In this document: piece by piece, positions 23,259-32,940 of the stretch
How the letters are laid out: each line of letters starts with the position of its first letter
Numbering within the stretch: the first letter of the stretch is position 1
Assembly (NCBI GenBank): GCA_965240325.2
Contig: OZ251235.1
Location: forward strand, 1,364,001-1,428,000
DNA: 64,000 nucleotides
Direction of reading: 5' to 3'
From: Rebecca billardiae RCC1528
Lineage: Eukaryota > Protista > Haptophyta
Notes under the pieces: generated by a model
What the model was told of the DNA's origin: nothing
The model's input: only the letters and a program-made list of their open reading frames with translations
Database searches by the model: none
Position numbers and translations under genes: made by a program

Positions 23259-24488
23259 TCACATCGGCAGCTGGGAGCGCGGACTCAGGAGGAGCGCGCC
23301 GGCCGCTGCGGCCACTGCGCCGACGCCTCCCATCATCAAGAGCAGCAGCTCGCGCCCGGAGACGCACTCCGCGAGCCCTCGAGCCTCGTACGCATCGTCC
23401 TCGCAGGCCCACTCAGCCTCGGCCGGCGCGACCCTCGCCACCAGCTCGGCGGTGGCCGGGGTGTCTGGCGCAGCGCCCAGTTGCGGGTACATCCAGTACC
23501 AGTCGGGCGGGTGCCCACGGAACATGCCGCCGCGCTTGGCCCACGCGTGCGCTCCGTCCTCGCGCCGCGCGTGGTCGCCGCCGTAGGTCTCGGCCCACAG
23601 GCTCCCGGTCGCGTCGGCGCCGCGGTTGAGCCGCGAGCCCGCGGAGCGGTCGTTGACGGAGTCGTCGTGGTCGACGACGAACCCGCAGATGCGCTTGGTG
23701 TCCGCAATGTACGCGGAGGGACGGCACATGTGCGCGTGCCACATGATGTCCTGCGTGCGCAGCGCGTGTGCGCGGGTGCCGCGCGCGGGCGCAGCAGTGA
23801 GCGGCCAGCCACGCACCCGACCGGGCGCGGCGGACTCGGACAATTGTGAACCGGGGGCCGGATGCGCGCGCGCCCTACGCGCGAGTGTAAGTACCATGTC
23901 ATATGTGGGTACGAGGAACGCGCGCTGCCGCGCCCACAGCCCAAGCAGCCGGCCGTACCGCACGGCGGCCGCGCGCAGGAAGCCGTCGTCGTCGTACTCT
24001 GCCCAGCGCACCTGCCAGAGGAACGTCCCCTGCCGCTCGGCCGTGCCGGGTATGTCGCACGAGATGCGCAGAACACGCTTGCCACCCTCGTCGGCGGCAG
24101 CGGGCGCGGGCGCCGGCGCCGCAACGCTGGCAGCATCGCCGTCTCGGAACGCGAGCGGCGCGTCGGGGTCAGCGTCCGGGACGTGGCCAAAGGCAGCGGT
24201 GCAATCCTTCATGTAGGCCACGGGCGCAAGCCGATGCAGGAACCACACCCACATCACATCGATCGTGGGCGCGCCCGCCGCAGCTGCGCCATGCGCCGCG
24301 ACCGACGGCAAAAACTCCTCGGCGTACACGCGCGTCGCCTCGCGAAGCTGGGGTGTGTTGATGTAGAGCACGCCGTGCTTGTTCGGCGCCGACGTGTGCA
24401 ACGCGCGCAGGAACTCGCGCAGCTCGCGCGCCCCGCACACCAGATCCGCCGAGAACGTTGGGTCGTTGTCGGCCGTGGCGGCCATCAT
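23259..24488 (-). CDS. Glycine-rich domain protein (GRDP/DUF1399)-like; exons 24488-23895 and 23750-23259
   Basis: PTIDVMWVWFLHRLAPVAYMKDC; splicing the 144-nt intron restores FLVPTYDMDIMWHAHMCRPSAY; HDDSVNDR; W..TYG. Confidence 0.82.
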   Translation of the reverse strand: MMAATADNDPTFSADLVCGARELREFLRALHTSAPNKHGVLYINTPQLREATRVYAEEFLPSVAAHGAAAAGAPTIDVMWVWFLHRLAPVAYMKDCTAAFGHVPDADPDAPLAFRDGDAASVAAPAPAPAAADEGGKRVLRISCDIPGTAERQGTFLWQVRWAEYDDDGFLRAAAVRYGRLLGLWARQRAFLVPTYDMVLTLARRARAHPAPGSQLSESAAPGRVRGWPLTAAPARGTRAHALRTQDIMWHAHMCRPSAYIADTKRICGFVVDHDDSVNDRSAGSRLNRGADATGSLWAETYGGDHARREDGAHAWAKRGGMFRGHPPDWYWMYPQLGAAPDTPATAELVARVAPAEAEWACEDDAYEARGLAECVSGRELLLLMMGGVGAVAAAAGALLLSPRSQLPM

Positions 24489-24588
24489 GGCTTTGCGCAG
24501 TCGACCGGAACAGCATCCGTCTTTATTTCGGACAGAGCGGGCCAGCGGGACCGGTGGGGTGGCAGCAGCAATTCAATGTCTTCGTCTG

Positions 24589-25578
24589 TCAATCAGCCGC
24601 CGGCGCCAGCCCTGGGTCAGCTGCGGCAGATGACGGCGGGGCTTCCCCTGCTGCATGTGCCGCGCACCATGCGATGCAATGGGGCTTGTGCACCTTCCAC
24701 GAGCTGCGCAGGTGCTCGCGCGAGCAGAAGACCGCCACGAAGCACCGCTCGCACTTCTTGAGACCACGGCCTGTCCGTCTGCAGGCGATGCAGCACGTGG
24801 AGACCACATCACAATCTCCAGCCCGCTCGGCCAGGACCTCGCGTGCCCTGTCTCCGAGGGCTGGGTCGAGCTCTTGGCCACGGTGCAACAGCCGAGCTGC
24901 CTCCTTCACGTCACGCTCCACTACCGTGCCGCGCAGCGTCAGCTCTCCAAGCCGAATGTGCCCAAGTGCGCTCCCTCCCTGAGTAGCCAGCCGGTACCAG
25001 CGCACCGCCTCGCTCCAGTCCTGCTGCACGCCCTCGCCTTGTGCGTACCGCAGGCCCATAAAGCTCTGCGCCCGAGCGTGGCCCTGCTCGGCCGCCAGCC
25101 GGTACCAGCGCACCGCCTCGCCCCAGTCCTGCGGCACACCCTCGCCTCGTGCGTACCGCAGGCCCAGATTGAACTGCGCGCGTGCGTGGCCCTGCTCGGC
25201 CGCCAGCCGGTACCAGCGCACCGCCTCGCCCCAGTCCTGCGGCACGCCCTTGCCTTGTGCGTACCGCACGCCCAGATTGCTCTGCGCGTTTGCATTGCCC
25301 TGCTCGGCCGCCAGCCGGTACCAGCGCGCTGCTGCCTCCGGTCCTTTGGCTGCCCAAGCTCGCCTTTCACATAGATGTGGCCCATCTTCGCCTGCGCATC
25401 AGCAAAGCTGCGCTCAGCGGCGAGGGTGTACAGGCGAAGGGCTTCGCGGTGGGCCTGTGCGATACCGTCGCCATCCTCGGCCCGCCGCGCCAGGAGGAAC
25501 GTCGCACGCGCGTCCCCACGCCCAGACTTGCTTGCGCAAGAGGAGCCTCACCGCAGGGCTAGTCGAGTCCGCCAGCAT
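24589..25578 (-). pseudogene. Sel1-repeat plus MYND zinc-finger gene with a frameshifted 5' part (pseudogene or sequence errors)
   Basis: Sel1 units (AQFNLGLRYARGEGVPQDWGEAVRWYRLAAEQG) and MYND CIAC...KKCERCFVAVFCSREHLRSSWKVHKPHC; upstream Sel1-like sequence (GDARATFLLA...EALRLYTLAAE...AQAKMGHIYVKG) is in another frame, with shifts near 25340 and ~25525. Confidence 0.75.
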
Positions 25579-25694
25579 CTTGCGTCAAGAACTGGTACTG
25601 TATCACTCGTCGCGCAAGGCACGCTCGGCCGAAATCGAGGCACGGGGCCGGCGTGAACGATGGCGGACTACATCCGGCGGTGACGCATGACGGC

Positions 25695-27398
25695 ATGAGA
25701 CGCCTGAGTGCACGAGCGCTCTTCGCCAGTGTCGCCGGCGTGGTCGTGCTGCTCCAGCTCCTGCTGCACACCAGCTTGCACGAGGGTGGGCTGCAGGGCG
25801 ATGCGCTGCGCTCGCTGTTGCGCCGCAATCGCGCGGCTACCGCCGCATCCGGCAGAGCCGGGCGAGAAGGCGCGAGCGAGGGCGACGCAGCTCCTGTGCC
25901 GGTGCCGGCTTCGCGCGCGGCTGCCTCGGCGCAAGGTATGCCGTCTACGTCGCCATTGCCCGAGCCGAGACATGCGGGAGCCGGCGTCGCGCCGGCTGCA
26001 TCAGCGTCGCGTGAGCCGCGCCCGGTCGGCGCCCCAATGCCGGCGCGCCAGCAGGGGCCACGGCAGCTGGCCCCAGAGCCGCGGCTGCGCCCTGCCGGCG
26101 CTCAAGTGCCCATGCGCCAGCCTCGGCCGGCGATCCCGGAGCCGGAACCGGCGCCGACCCCCGTGCTCTTCGCAGACGTGGAGGAGCCGCTCGCCCAGCT
26201 CCCAGCACTGCGCCACATCCTGGAGCCAACTGCCGCGGTCACGCCGCCGCGCCCCGGCGCGGCCGCGGACTCTGCCGGCGCAGCCGGGGACGGGCCCACC
26301 CGCGGCGGGCTCGCGCCCGCTCCCCTCGTGCCCGCCCCGGCGGGCCGCTTCTTCGAGGTCTCGATCGGCGCCATCTTCAAGGAGGAGTCGCGCTTCCTCG
26401 TCGAGTGGCTCGAGTACCACCTGCTGATCGGCGTCGAGCACTTCTTCATGGTGGGCAACGACTGCGCCGACGCGGCGCTAGCGTCGCGCTCGGTGCTCGC
26501 GCCGTATGTGCGCTCGGGCGCCGTCGAGTACTTCAGCGAGTACGAGTGCGCGCCGCGCGGGTTCCAGAACGAGGCGTACACCTTCCTGCTCCGCAGGTCG
26601 GCGGGGCGCACCGAGTGGCTCATGATCGTCGACATCGACGAGTTCATCGTGATCCCGGACAACTCGCTGATTCTCACCGAGGCCCTCCGGCCGTACGAGG
26701 CGTATGACGCGGTCGCGCTGCTGTGGCGGCTGTTCGGCACGTCGGGGCACGTGCACAGCCCGGCCGGCGCGGTGCTGAAGAACTACCAGCACCGCGCGAC
26801 GGTGAACGCGCGCGACTCGCGCGCGCGCTCGTTCAAGTCGATCGTGCGCCCGGCGGCGTGCTTGCAGATGGCGACGCACATGTGCGCGCTCTTCCGCTGC
26901 CAGCTGCGCGGCCGCGTCTCCGAGCAGCCCGCGGCCGAGGGCGCGGCGGAGCGCGCGCGCGCCGCGCACTGCGCGTGCACGACGTCGACCGACCTGCAGC
27001 ACTGCATGTCCGAGGACTACCTCTCCGCGCGCGTCGAGCGCCCCGCCTTCACCCGGCTGTGGATGAACCACTACCGCACGAAGAGCCACGAGGACTGGGA
27101 GCGCAAGAAGGCGCGCGGCCGCGCGTCCGTGCAGGAGAGCGCCAAGGACTCGAAGCGCACGGGCCCGCCGCCGGAGGAGTACAACAAGGAGCACGACGAC
27201 ACGCTGTACAGGAGCGTGAAGGCACGCCTGGACCACCTCACCGACCAGGCTGAGGCGGGGCGGCTGCGCGCAATCCTGCTCGCCGGCGAGGGCCCGCGAA
27301 TAGGCGGTCGTGGCTCGGGCGGCGGCGGCGGCAGCAAGCAGCACGGCAGCGGCCACAGCGGCGGTGGCAGCAGTGGCGGGCACCATAGTCACCACTGA
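25695..27398 (+). CDS. Type II membrane GT-A glycosyltransferase (GT92 / Glyco_tranf_2_4-like)
   Basis: TM anchor, Pro-rich stem, AIFKEESRFLVEWLEYHLLIGVEHF, WLMIVDIDEF (DxD), WRLFG, FKSIVRP, NHYRTKSHEDW. Confidence 0.85.
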   Translation: MRRLSARALFASVAGVVVLLQLLLHTSLHEGGLQGDALRSLLRRNRAATAASGRAGREGASEGDAAPVPVPASRAAASAQGMPSTSPLPEPRHAGAGVAPAASASREPRPVGAPMPARQQGPRQLAPEPRLRPAGAQVPMRQPRPAIPEPEPAPTPVLFADVEEPLAQLPALRHILEPTAAVTPPRPGAAADSAGAAGDGPTRGGLAPAPLVPAPAGRFFEVSIGAIFKEESRFLVEWLEYHLLIGVEHFFMVGNDCADAALASRSVLAPYVRSGAVEYFSEYECAPRGFQNEAYTFLLRRSAGRTEWLMIVDIDEFIVIPDNSLILTEALRPYEAYDAVALLWRLFGTSGHVHSPAGAVLKNYQHRATVNARDSRARSFKSIVRPAACLQMATHMCALFRCQLRGRVSEQPAAEGAAERARAAHCACTTSTDLQHCMSEDYLSARVERPAFTRLWMNHYRTKSHEDWERKKARGRASVQESAKDSKRTGPPPEEYNKEHDDTLYRSVKARLDHLTDQAEAGRLRAILLAGEGPRIGGRGSGGGGGSKQHGSGHSGGGSSGGHHSHH

Positions 27399-27524
27399 CC
27401 ACTGCGCTGCTGACCAATGAATGGCCAATGCTCCCACCGGCACCCATGGTAGTAGTAGTAGTAATCCTCCCAGGCGACGACGCCGACGCCCGACGAAAGC
27501 AAGCAAGCAATTACGCTGTCGGCG

Positions 27525-28646
27525 ATGGCGGCGGCGGGAATAATGGCTGTCGTCTCGCGGCCGGCAGCCGCACGCCGTCGGGTCATGACTCGCACGGTTC
27601 TCACGGTCGCGCTGGTGTGTGGATCTCCTCTATCGGCCTCCAGTGTGGTGAGGGGCATCCTACGCTCACGGCCGATCGCCTCAGCCTCGCGCGCCGTGCT
27701 CTGCGCCGGCAGCCATCCACCGGAGCTGCCGCGCTCAGTCGCCGAGATCTCGAAGCAGGCGGCCTTCTCGACCCTCGCAGCGCTCGACGCCGGGCACTCG
27801 CGGCTGCAGCTTACGCTTCGATCCGCGGAGGAGCCGCTCATCTTCGGCTCCGACGTCCAAACCCTCTCGCCTCTGTGCGAGGTGCTGAACAGCATCTCGC
27901 ACGCGCTCGCCGCGCGCGGCGTGACGGTGCGGCTCTTCTTCGCGTCCATGGAGCTCGCGGAGCACGCGCTGGGCGTCATCAACCTGGAGCCGCCAGGCCC
28001 TTCGAGCCCCGCGCCGAGCCCAGCCGACCGACCCCGGGGTCGACCGCCGACCGGCCGCCGGGCAGCGAGCGCCCCGGGCGCCCTCCATGTGGACGTGCTG
28101 GGGATGGGCCAGCTGCTCAGGTCGGACGGTTGCGCGCTGATTGTGACGCCGGCGAGCGCCGGCGTGGCGTACGACGCGCACGTGCTCGGCGCGGTGCAGC
28201 AGCTCCTGCTGCAGGCCAACAAGCGCGCGGTCATACTCGTCAACCCCGAGCTGCAGGCCGTCAGCGCCGTGCGGCCGCGCGCGCGCGGCGCCAAGGTGCG
28301 CCCGACGTTCATGCGCGATTTCGAGCACTGCTACCACCTCGAGACGTCGCGCCCGACGACCTCGTACGCACTCGCCGTGCACCGCATCTACCCGGACGAG
28401 TGGGTCGTGTACTGGCGCGGGCGTGCGGGCGCAGCCGAGACGGGAGCGAGCCGAGCAGGCGTCGAAAGTGCAGCTGGAAGCACGGACGGCGACGGCGGTG
28501 CTCGGAACGGGGCGACCAAGCAGAGTGACTGGTTCCGCCCGGTGCTCACGATGCGCTCGCGGCCGAGGCGCACCGACCTCGACGCGTTGCTCTCCTCGTC
28601 TGTTGAGGAGCTCACCGTGGCGCTCAAGCTGCCGGACAGACGATGA
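27525..28646 (+). CDS. DUF1995 (LPA3-like) domain protein, possibly plastid-targeted
   Basis: Signal-like hydrophobic segment then an Arg/Ser-rich stretch; VILVNPEL, FMRDFEHCYHL, HRIYPDEWVVY, RSRP. Confidence 0.62.
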   Translation: MAAAGIMAVVSRPAAARRRVMTRTVLTVALVCGSPLSASSVVRGILRSRPIASASRAVLCAGSHPPELPRSVAEISKQAAFSTLAALDAGHSRLQLTLRSAEEPLIFGSDVQTLSPLCEVLNSISHALAARGVTVRLFFASMELAEHALGVINLEPPGPSSPAPSPADRPRGRPPTGRRAASAPGALHVDVLGMGQLLRSDGCALIVTPASAGVAYDAHVLGAVQQLLLQANKRAVILVNPELQAVSAVRPRARGAKVRPTFMRDFEHCYHLETSRPTTSYALAVHRIYPDEWVVYWRGRAGAAETGASRAGVESAAGSTDGDGGARNGATKQSDWFRPVLTMRSRPRRTDLDALLSSSVEELTVALKLPDRR

Positions 28647-29099
28647 CGCGGCGACGACCGCGCGCCATGCAACGATGACGACTACGACATTTGCCGACGT
28701 GAGTCTCAGCACATCACATCGCGACGTAACTGAGTCTGAGTACACCGTTGACTGACAGACTCATGGCAGCAGGTTAGCTACACCAGAGACATAGTATATA
28801 GTGTAGTGCAAGACGAGCACTGAGTCCATCATCCGGGGTCGGGGACCAGAGCCAGTGCGGCCGGGCCACTTACCTATAGCCACCTAGTGTAGTACCGGTC
28901 TCATATATATGAATTATGATGTGATGTATGTATATCATACTCTGTGATAGTGTGAACCGTGGCGCCGACCTGAGCTGTGAACCTACCGACTGAATGCGAA
29001 CCGTGGCGCCGACCTGAGTGAGCTATATAGCTTAGATATATGACATATATATTCGATATATATATATATATATATATACGGTCCGACGTACCTAGACCA

Positions 29100-29208
29100 A
29101 TTCTATGATTTAAAGACACAGGCACGAGGGCGCAGCTCTCCTGATTCGTCTGTCGAAGTACTGAATGGAGTTAATGGAGGATGTCGGAGCGCGTTGGCCG
29201 CGGGTGAG
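29100..29208 (+). repeat. Dispersed repeat beginning ATTCTATGATTTAAAGACACAGG
   Basis: 29099-29139 is identical to 45215-45255; similar to 63099-63149 and, inverted, to 11742-11815. Confidence 0.85.
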
Positions 29209-31295
29209 GCGTCGCGGCGTCGCCCACCACAACGATTCCCCGGTGGGGTGGGCGGTCATTTCGAGAACTTCCAAACCGGCGTTTCCGTCCCGAACTCTAA
29301 GCCAGTAAGTTACTTGGGGTACCCCAAGTAATCGGAGTACTTTATTCTTTCAGGCTCCCGCCAAGCGCTTTGATTAGGAGTTCCAAGCTGGCTCAAAGCT
29401 TTGCCAGCGCTCCACTGCGCGAAGCCAGGGCAAACCGCGAGCCCCGAGCTTTCGGGGGGCTCGAAGGTGGGCGGCTGGCGGGCGCACTGCGAGCCGGAGG
29501 GGGGGGGGGGGGGGCGGCACTGCCCTGCGCGGTGCGCGCTGGTGTAGCTGCCGACGTGCCCGTGTAGGCGGCCTGCCAGCCTCAGATTGATTGGTTGCGT
29601 CCCACTGCGCCGTGCCCCCCGTCACCCAGCGTCGCTTGGGTACAGTCTCGGCCTCTCGCGGGAAAGCGGCGCCCCCGTCGGGCGGCGGCGGGCCGCAAGA
29701 TGAGATCGTGGTGCACTGCTGGGCTGACGCGCGGCGCGCTGTGCAGCTTGGCGTGGCTATGTACACATGCAATCGCGATGTGCTGTCCCCCGTAGTCACG
29801 ACAAGTACGCCACCAGTCCAAGCACGCACGTCCAGGAGGCCGCCTGCGCCGTAGTACATACAGCTTCAGCGGAACCGCCGCATCCGCGACGCGATGGCGA
29901 CACAGATGGACAATGCCTCAAACGTCTGCATGCTCATGCGGCATTGCTGGTTGCAGGATGTGCGCATGGGATGCGATCAGGGCAGTATTCGCAACCCGCT
30001 CACCTATAGCTCCTCGTGAGAGCTCGGCCACGGATGGACTTGCGCCAGTCGGAACGCTTTGAAAAGCTACGACGGCTCGTGCTGTAGCACTTGCGCAGAC
30101 GTGCGAGGCCGCATGGCGCGCAACTGAGTAGGGCTATACACCGTCAGCAGCCCTCGCTCACTCCTCGTTGACTGTCCAGTGTCACTCATTCACACGGCTG
30201 CAGCACGATCGGCGGCGCCCGCTGAGTGCTCGCCGATTGGCAGCGTGGGCGCGCGCACTGACCAGAGGCGGCAAGGTAGCAGCGGGCGACGCTGGCTACT
30301 GTTAGTTCACGTCTCTGATGGCGCTCCAGACCACTCCCCAGCTGCACGGCCGCGCGCGCCCCGTGCGATGCGACGTTAGCCGTCGCAAGACCGCTCGCCC
30401 CGCAATCGCCCACAACCCAACTTTTGGCCGCCTTCGCGGCCGCCTGCCCGTCTTTCGGTGTTTCCAATTCGCCGCGGGCCCGCGCGATCCCGCCGCCCGC
30501 GCAACGAAGTACTTTCATCACTTGTACGGCTTGTACCGCTCGGCTCCCCTTTCTTTGCCGAAGAACGGGCATCTGCGTGTGTTTTGCACGGCTGTAAGTT
30601 CGTTTGTCTATGTGGGTACTCGTTCTTTCGTTTGAGAAATCACGAAAATGTCCTCCCCGCCCACCCGGCAATCGTCGTGGTGCAGGACCCGGACGGAAGT
30701 GTCATAAGTGATATATCCGGAAGTCGATCATCGCGTATAGCTACCGCCAATAAGTCCGCCAACTAACTCTATAGTCGTGAACTACTACTACCAGCAAGTC
30801 ATTGGCAATGGCGCATTGCCGCCGCCGAGTCAGTCACTTCGGAGTCAGAGTCCGAAACTTGGTTGGCACTGGCAGTGAGCGGCCCGCCGCTGGCGGCCCG
30901 GCCCGCCCGGTGGCCGGCGGCTTGGCACTCAGAGCCGATCAGTCATCCGGCGAGTCGCGGCCGAACCGCCGCCGCCGACTATCACTCACAGACGCAGTGG
31001 CAGCGCCGCTGCTCTCGTGCCCGGTGGTTGTCAGTGGTAGTTGAGGGCACGGTAACGCGGCGGCCGCGACCGAAGGGTTTTGCCGGCGCACGCCGGCCCC
31101 ACGTGCTCAGCCAGCAGCCCCCGCGAGTGCGGTTGCACGGCAGCTGGTGTCCCTGTGGAGCGTGCTTTGCGCCTGGGCATCGAGCCGCCGCGACATTCAC
31201 GCCGATCGCCCAAGTCCCCAGCCGCCACCTCGGCCGCCCTCAGCCTGCACGCGCCTAGACGGACAGAGCGGCGTGGCTGCTCCCCTCGCATGACC

Positions 31296-32003
31296 TCACA
31301 GCGGGCCGTCGAGCTCCACGTCGTCGTATGACGGGTCCTCGCACGTCTCCGCGGCAGCGTCCGCGCCGTCCCATTCCTCCGCGTCGTTCAGCGTGCCCAC
31401 CTGCACGGCTTTGAGCCCGCCCAGCCGGTTCATCGCCGCCTTCTGGAAGAAGGCGTCGATGTTCTCCGCGGTGAGCGCCTGCGCCATCGTGACGCCGACC
31501 TCGTGCCGGGGCGAGTACAGCGCGAGCTTTGGGTAGATGGAGATATCGAGGGCGGCCTCGAGCTCCGGCTGCGCACCCGCCTGCGACCACATGAACAGGA
31601 ACGGATGCTTTGGCACCTTCTGACCTGCCTTGAGCAGCGCGCCGAGCAATTCCATCCGTCCGATGGCGCCCGAGTCGAGCAGGTGTGGGACGAAGAGCAC
31701 GATGCACGTGGGTAGTGCCAGGTCGGGATCGGGCTGGAATTCCCCATCCTCCTCGACGTCCCAATCCGACGGAGGCAAGTGCGGCGCGCACTGCTCGCGG
31801 AAGCTCAAGTCTGTGAGCTGGGTCGCGCACAACTTTGGCGCCTTGTAGTCCTCGCCCGCTGACCACTCGCCGTCCTCGTCGGCGTTCCAGTCCGGAGGAG
31901 GGATGTGCGGCATGCAGACGTCGCGATAGAGCTCCGCCAGCTCGCTCGCGACCGCCCTTCGGGCGGCGGACACGAGCAGCAGCGCGAACGGCAGCGCGCG
32001 CAT
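31296..32003 (-). CDS. Secretory 235-aa protein: two calreticulin/calnexin P-domain-like repeats plus a PDIA6(P5)-type non-catalytic thioredoxin-fold domain
   Basis: Signal peptide; PPPDWNADEDGEW and PPSDWDVEEDGEF; CIVLFVPHLLDSGAIGR...FMWSQAGAQPELEAAL...YP...EEWDGADA...DDVELD resembles the PDIA6 C-terminus. Confidence 0.75.
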   Translation of the reverse strand: MRALPFALLLVSAARRAVASELAELYRDVCMPHIPPPDWNADEDGEWSAGEDYKAPKLCATQLTDLSFREQCAPHLPPSDWDVEEDGEFQPDPDLALPTCIVLFVPHLLDSGAIGRMELLGALLKAGQKVPKHPFLFMWSQAGAQPELEAALDISIYPKLALYSPRHEVGVTMAQALTAENIDAFFQKAAMNRLGGLKAVQVGTLNDAEEWDGADAAAETCEDPSYDDVELDGPL

Positions 32004-32940
32004 GGCGTCTCGACCGCGCCCGATTTCGCTTGCTCACAAGTCCGGTCGTTTCCGCGTTCCGGGAGACGCCCAACGCCCGTCCCCTGCGGGCCCCGCGCTG
32101 GACGTCCGTCGCCGCCCGCTCGCGCTGTGAGGGGCATGATGCATGGCAGCGGCCACGAGGCCGGCTGCAGTGCATGCCACACGTGCGTCGCTGGGCGCGC
32201 CGTGCACGCATCGCAGGCTGCCGGCAGCAGAGTGCCAACACCGGCCGAGACTCTGCCGACGGCGAGCGCCATATAATGAAGTGGGTCGCGAGCAGCCGTC
32301 GCAAACATAGCCGCCATCGGCCGTTGGGCCGAGGAAGATGATCTGAACGGCCGCACGGCGGAGTGCGGACTCCGTCTGAACGGCCGCACGGCCGCCGAGT
32401 GCGGACCGCGCCAAAGACTGTGGCACTGCTGAGTGGCTGCAGACTCCTAGACCTAGTCAGCTCCGACACAGTGTATCATGATAGACGATGATTCATGTAT
32501 GGCCGGGACGCCGCCATGCATTGATTTTATTGACGAATAGTGCATATAAATAATTTGGTATGACAGTCTCACAATACAGCGAGTCCCATCAGTATTATAC
32601 TATTATCATCATCAATTAGTTATTATTATCATAATTTTTCTAGAAGGCTTAAACAGCTTACTGAATGAACTATTTCGGTTGACTAAACCGGAGTGTGACC
32701 GATTCTAACAATAATCATTATCATGCTCAGGACACGGCCTCACGTTCGCGGGCTCTACGGTCCTCCACGTCCTCGGAGCGGCGAGCCCGAGGGCGAGGCC
32801 GAGGCCGAGGCCGAGACCGCGCGCGCTGGCACAGCAAGTTTCAGCGATGAGGCGCGGATGAGGCTGTGGCGCACTCGCGGCACCACGTCACTCACGTGTC
32901 GCCGGCGAAGCGTGCGCGCGCGCGCTGGCCCATCAGCCTC

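Noticed and set aside
28954-29018. Twice-repeated gaaccgtggcgccgacctgag resembling an LTR primer-binding site
   Set aside because: No adjacent TG...CA LTR or gag/pol sequence; only a short direct repeat.
29370-31250. Short ORFs in the 29-31 kb island
   Set aside because: No host codon bias or motifs; likely repeat remnants, not classifiable by eye.
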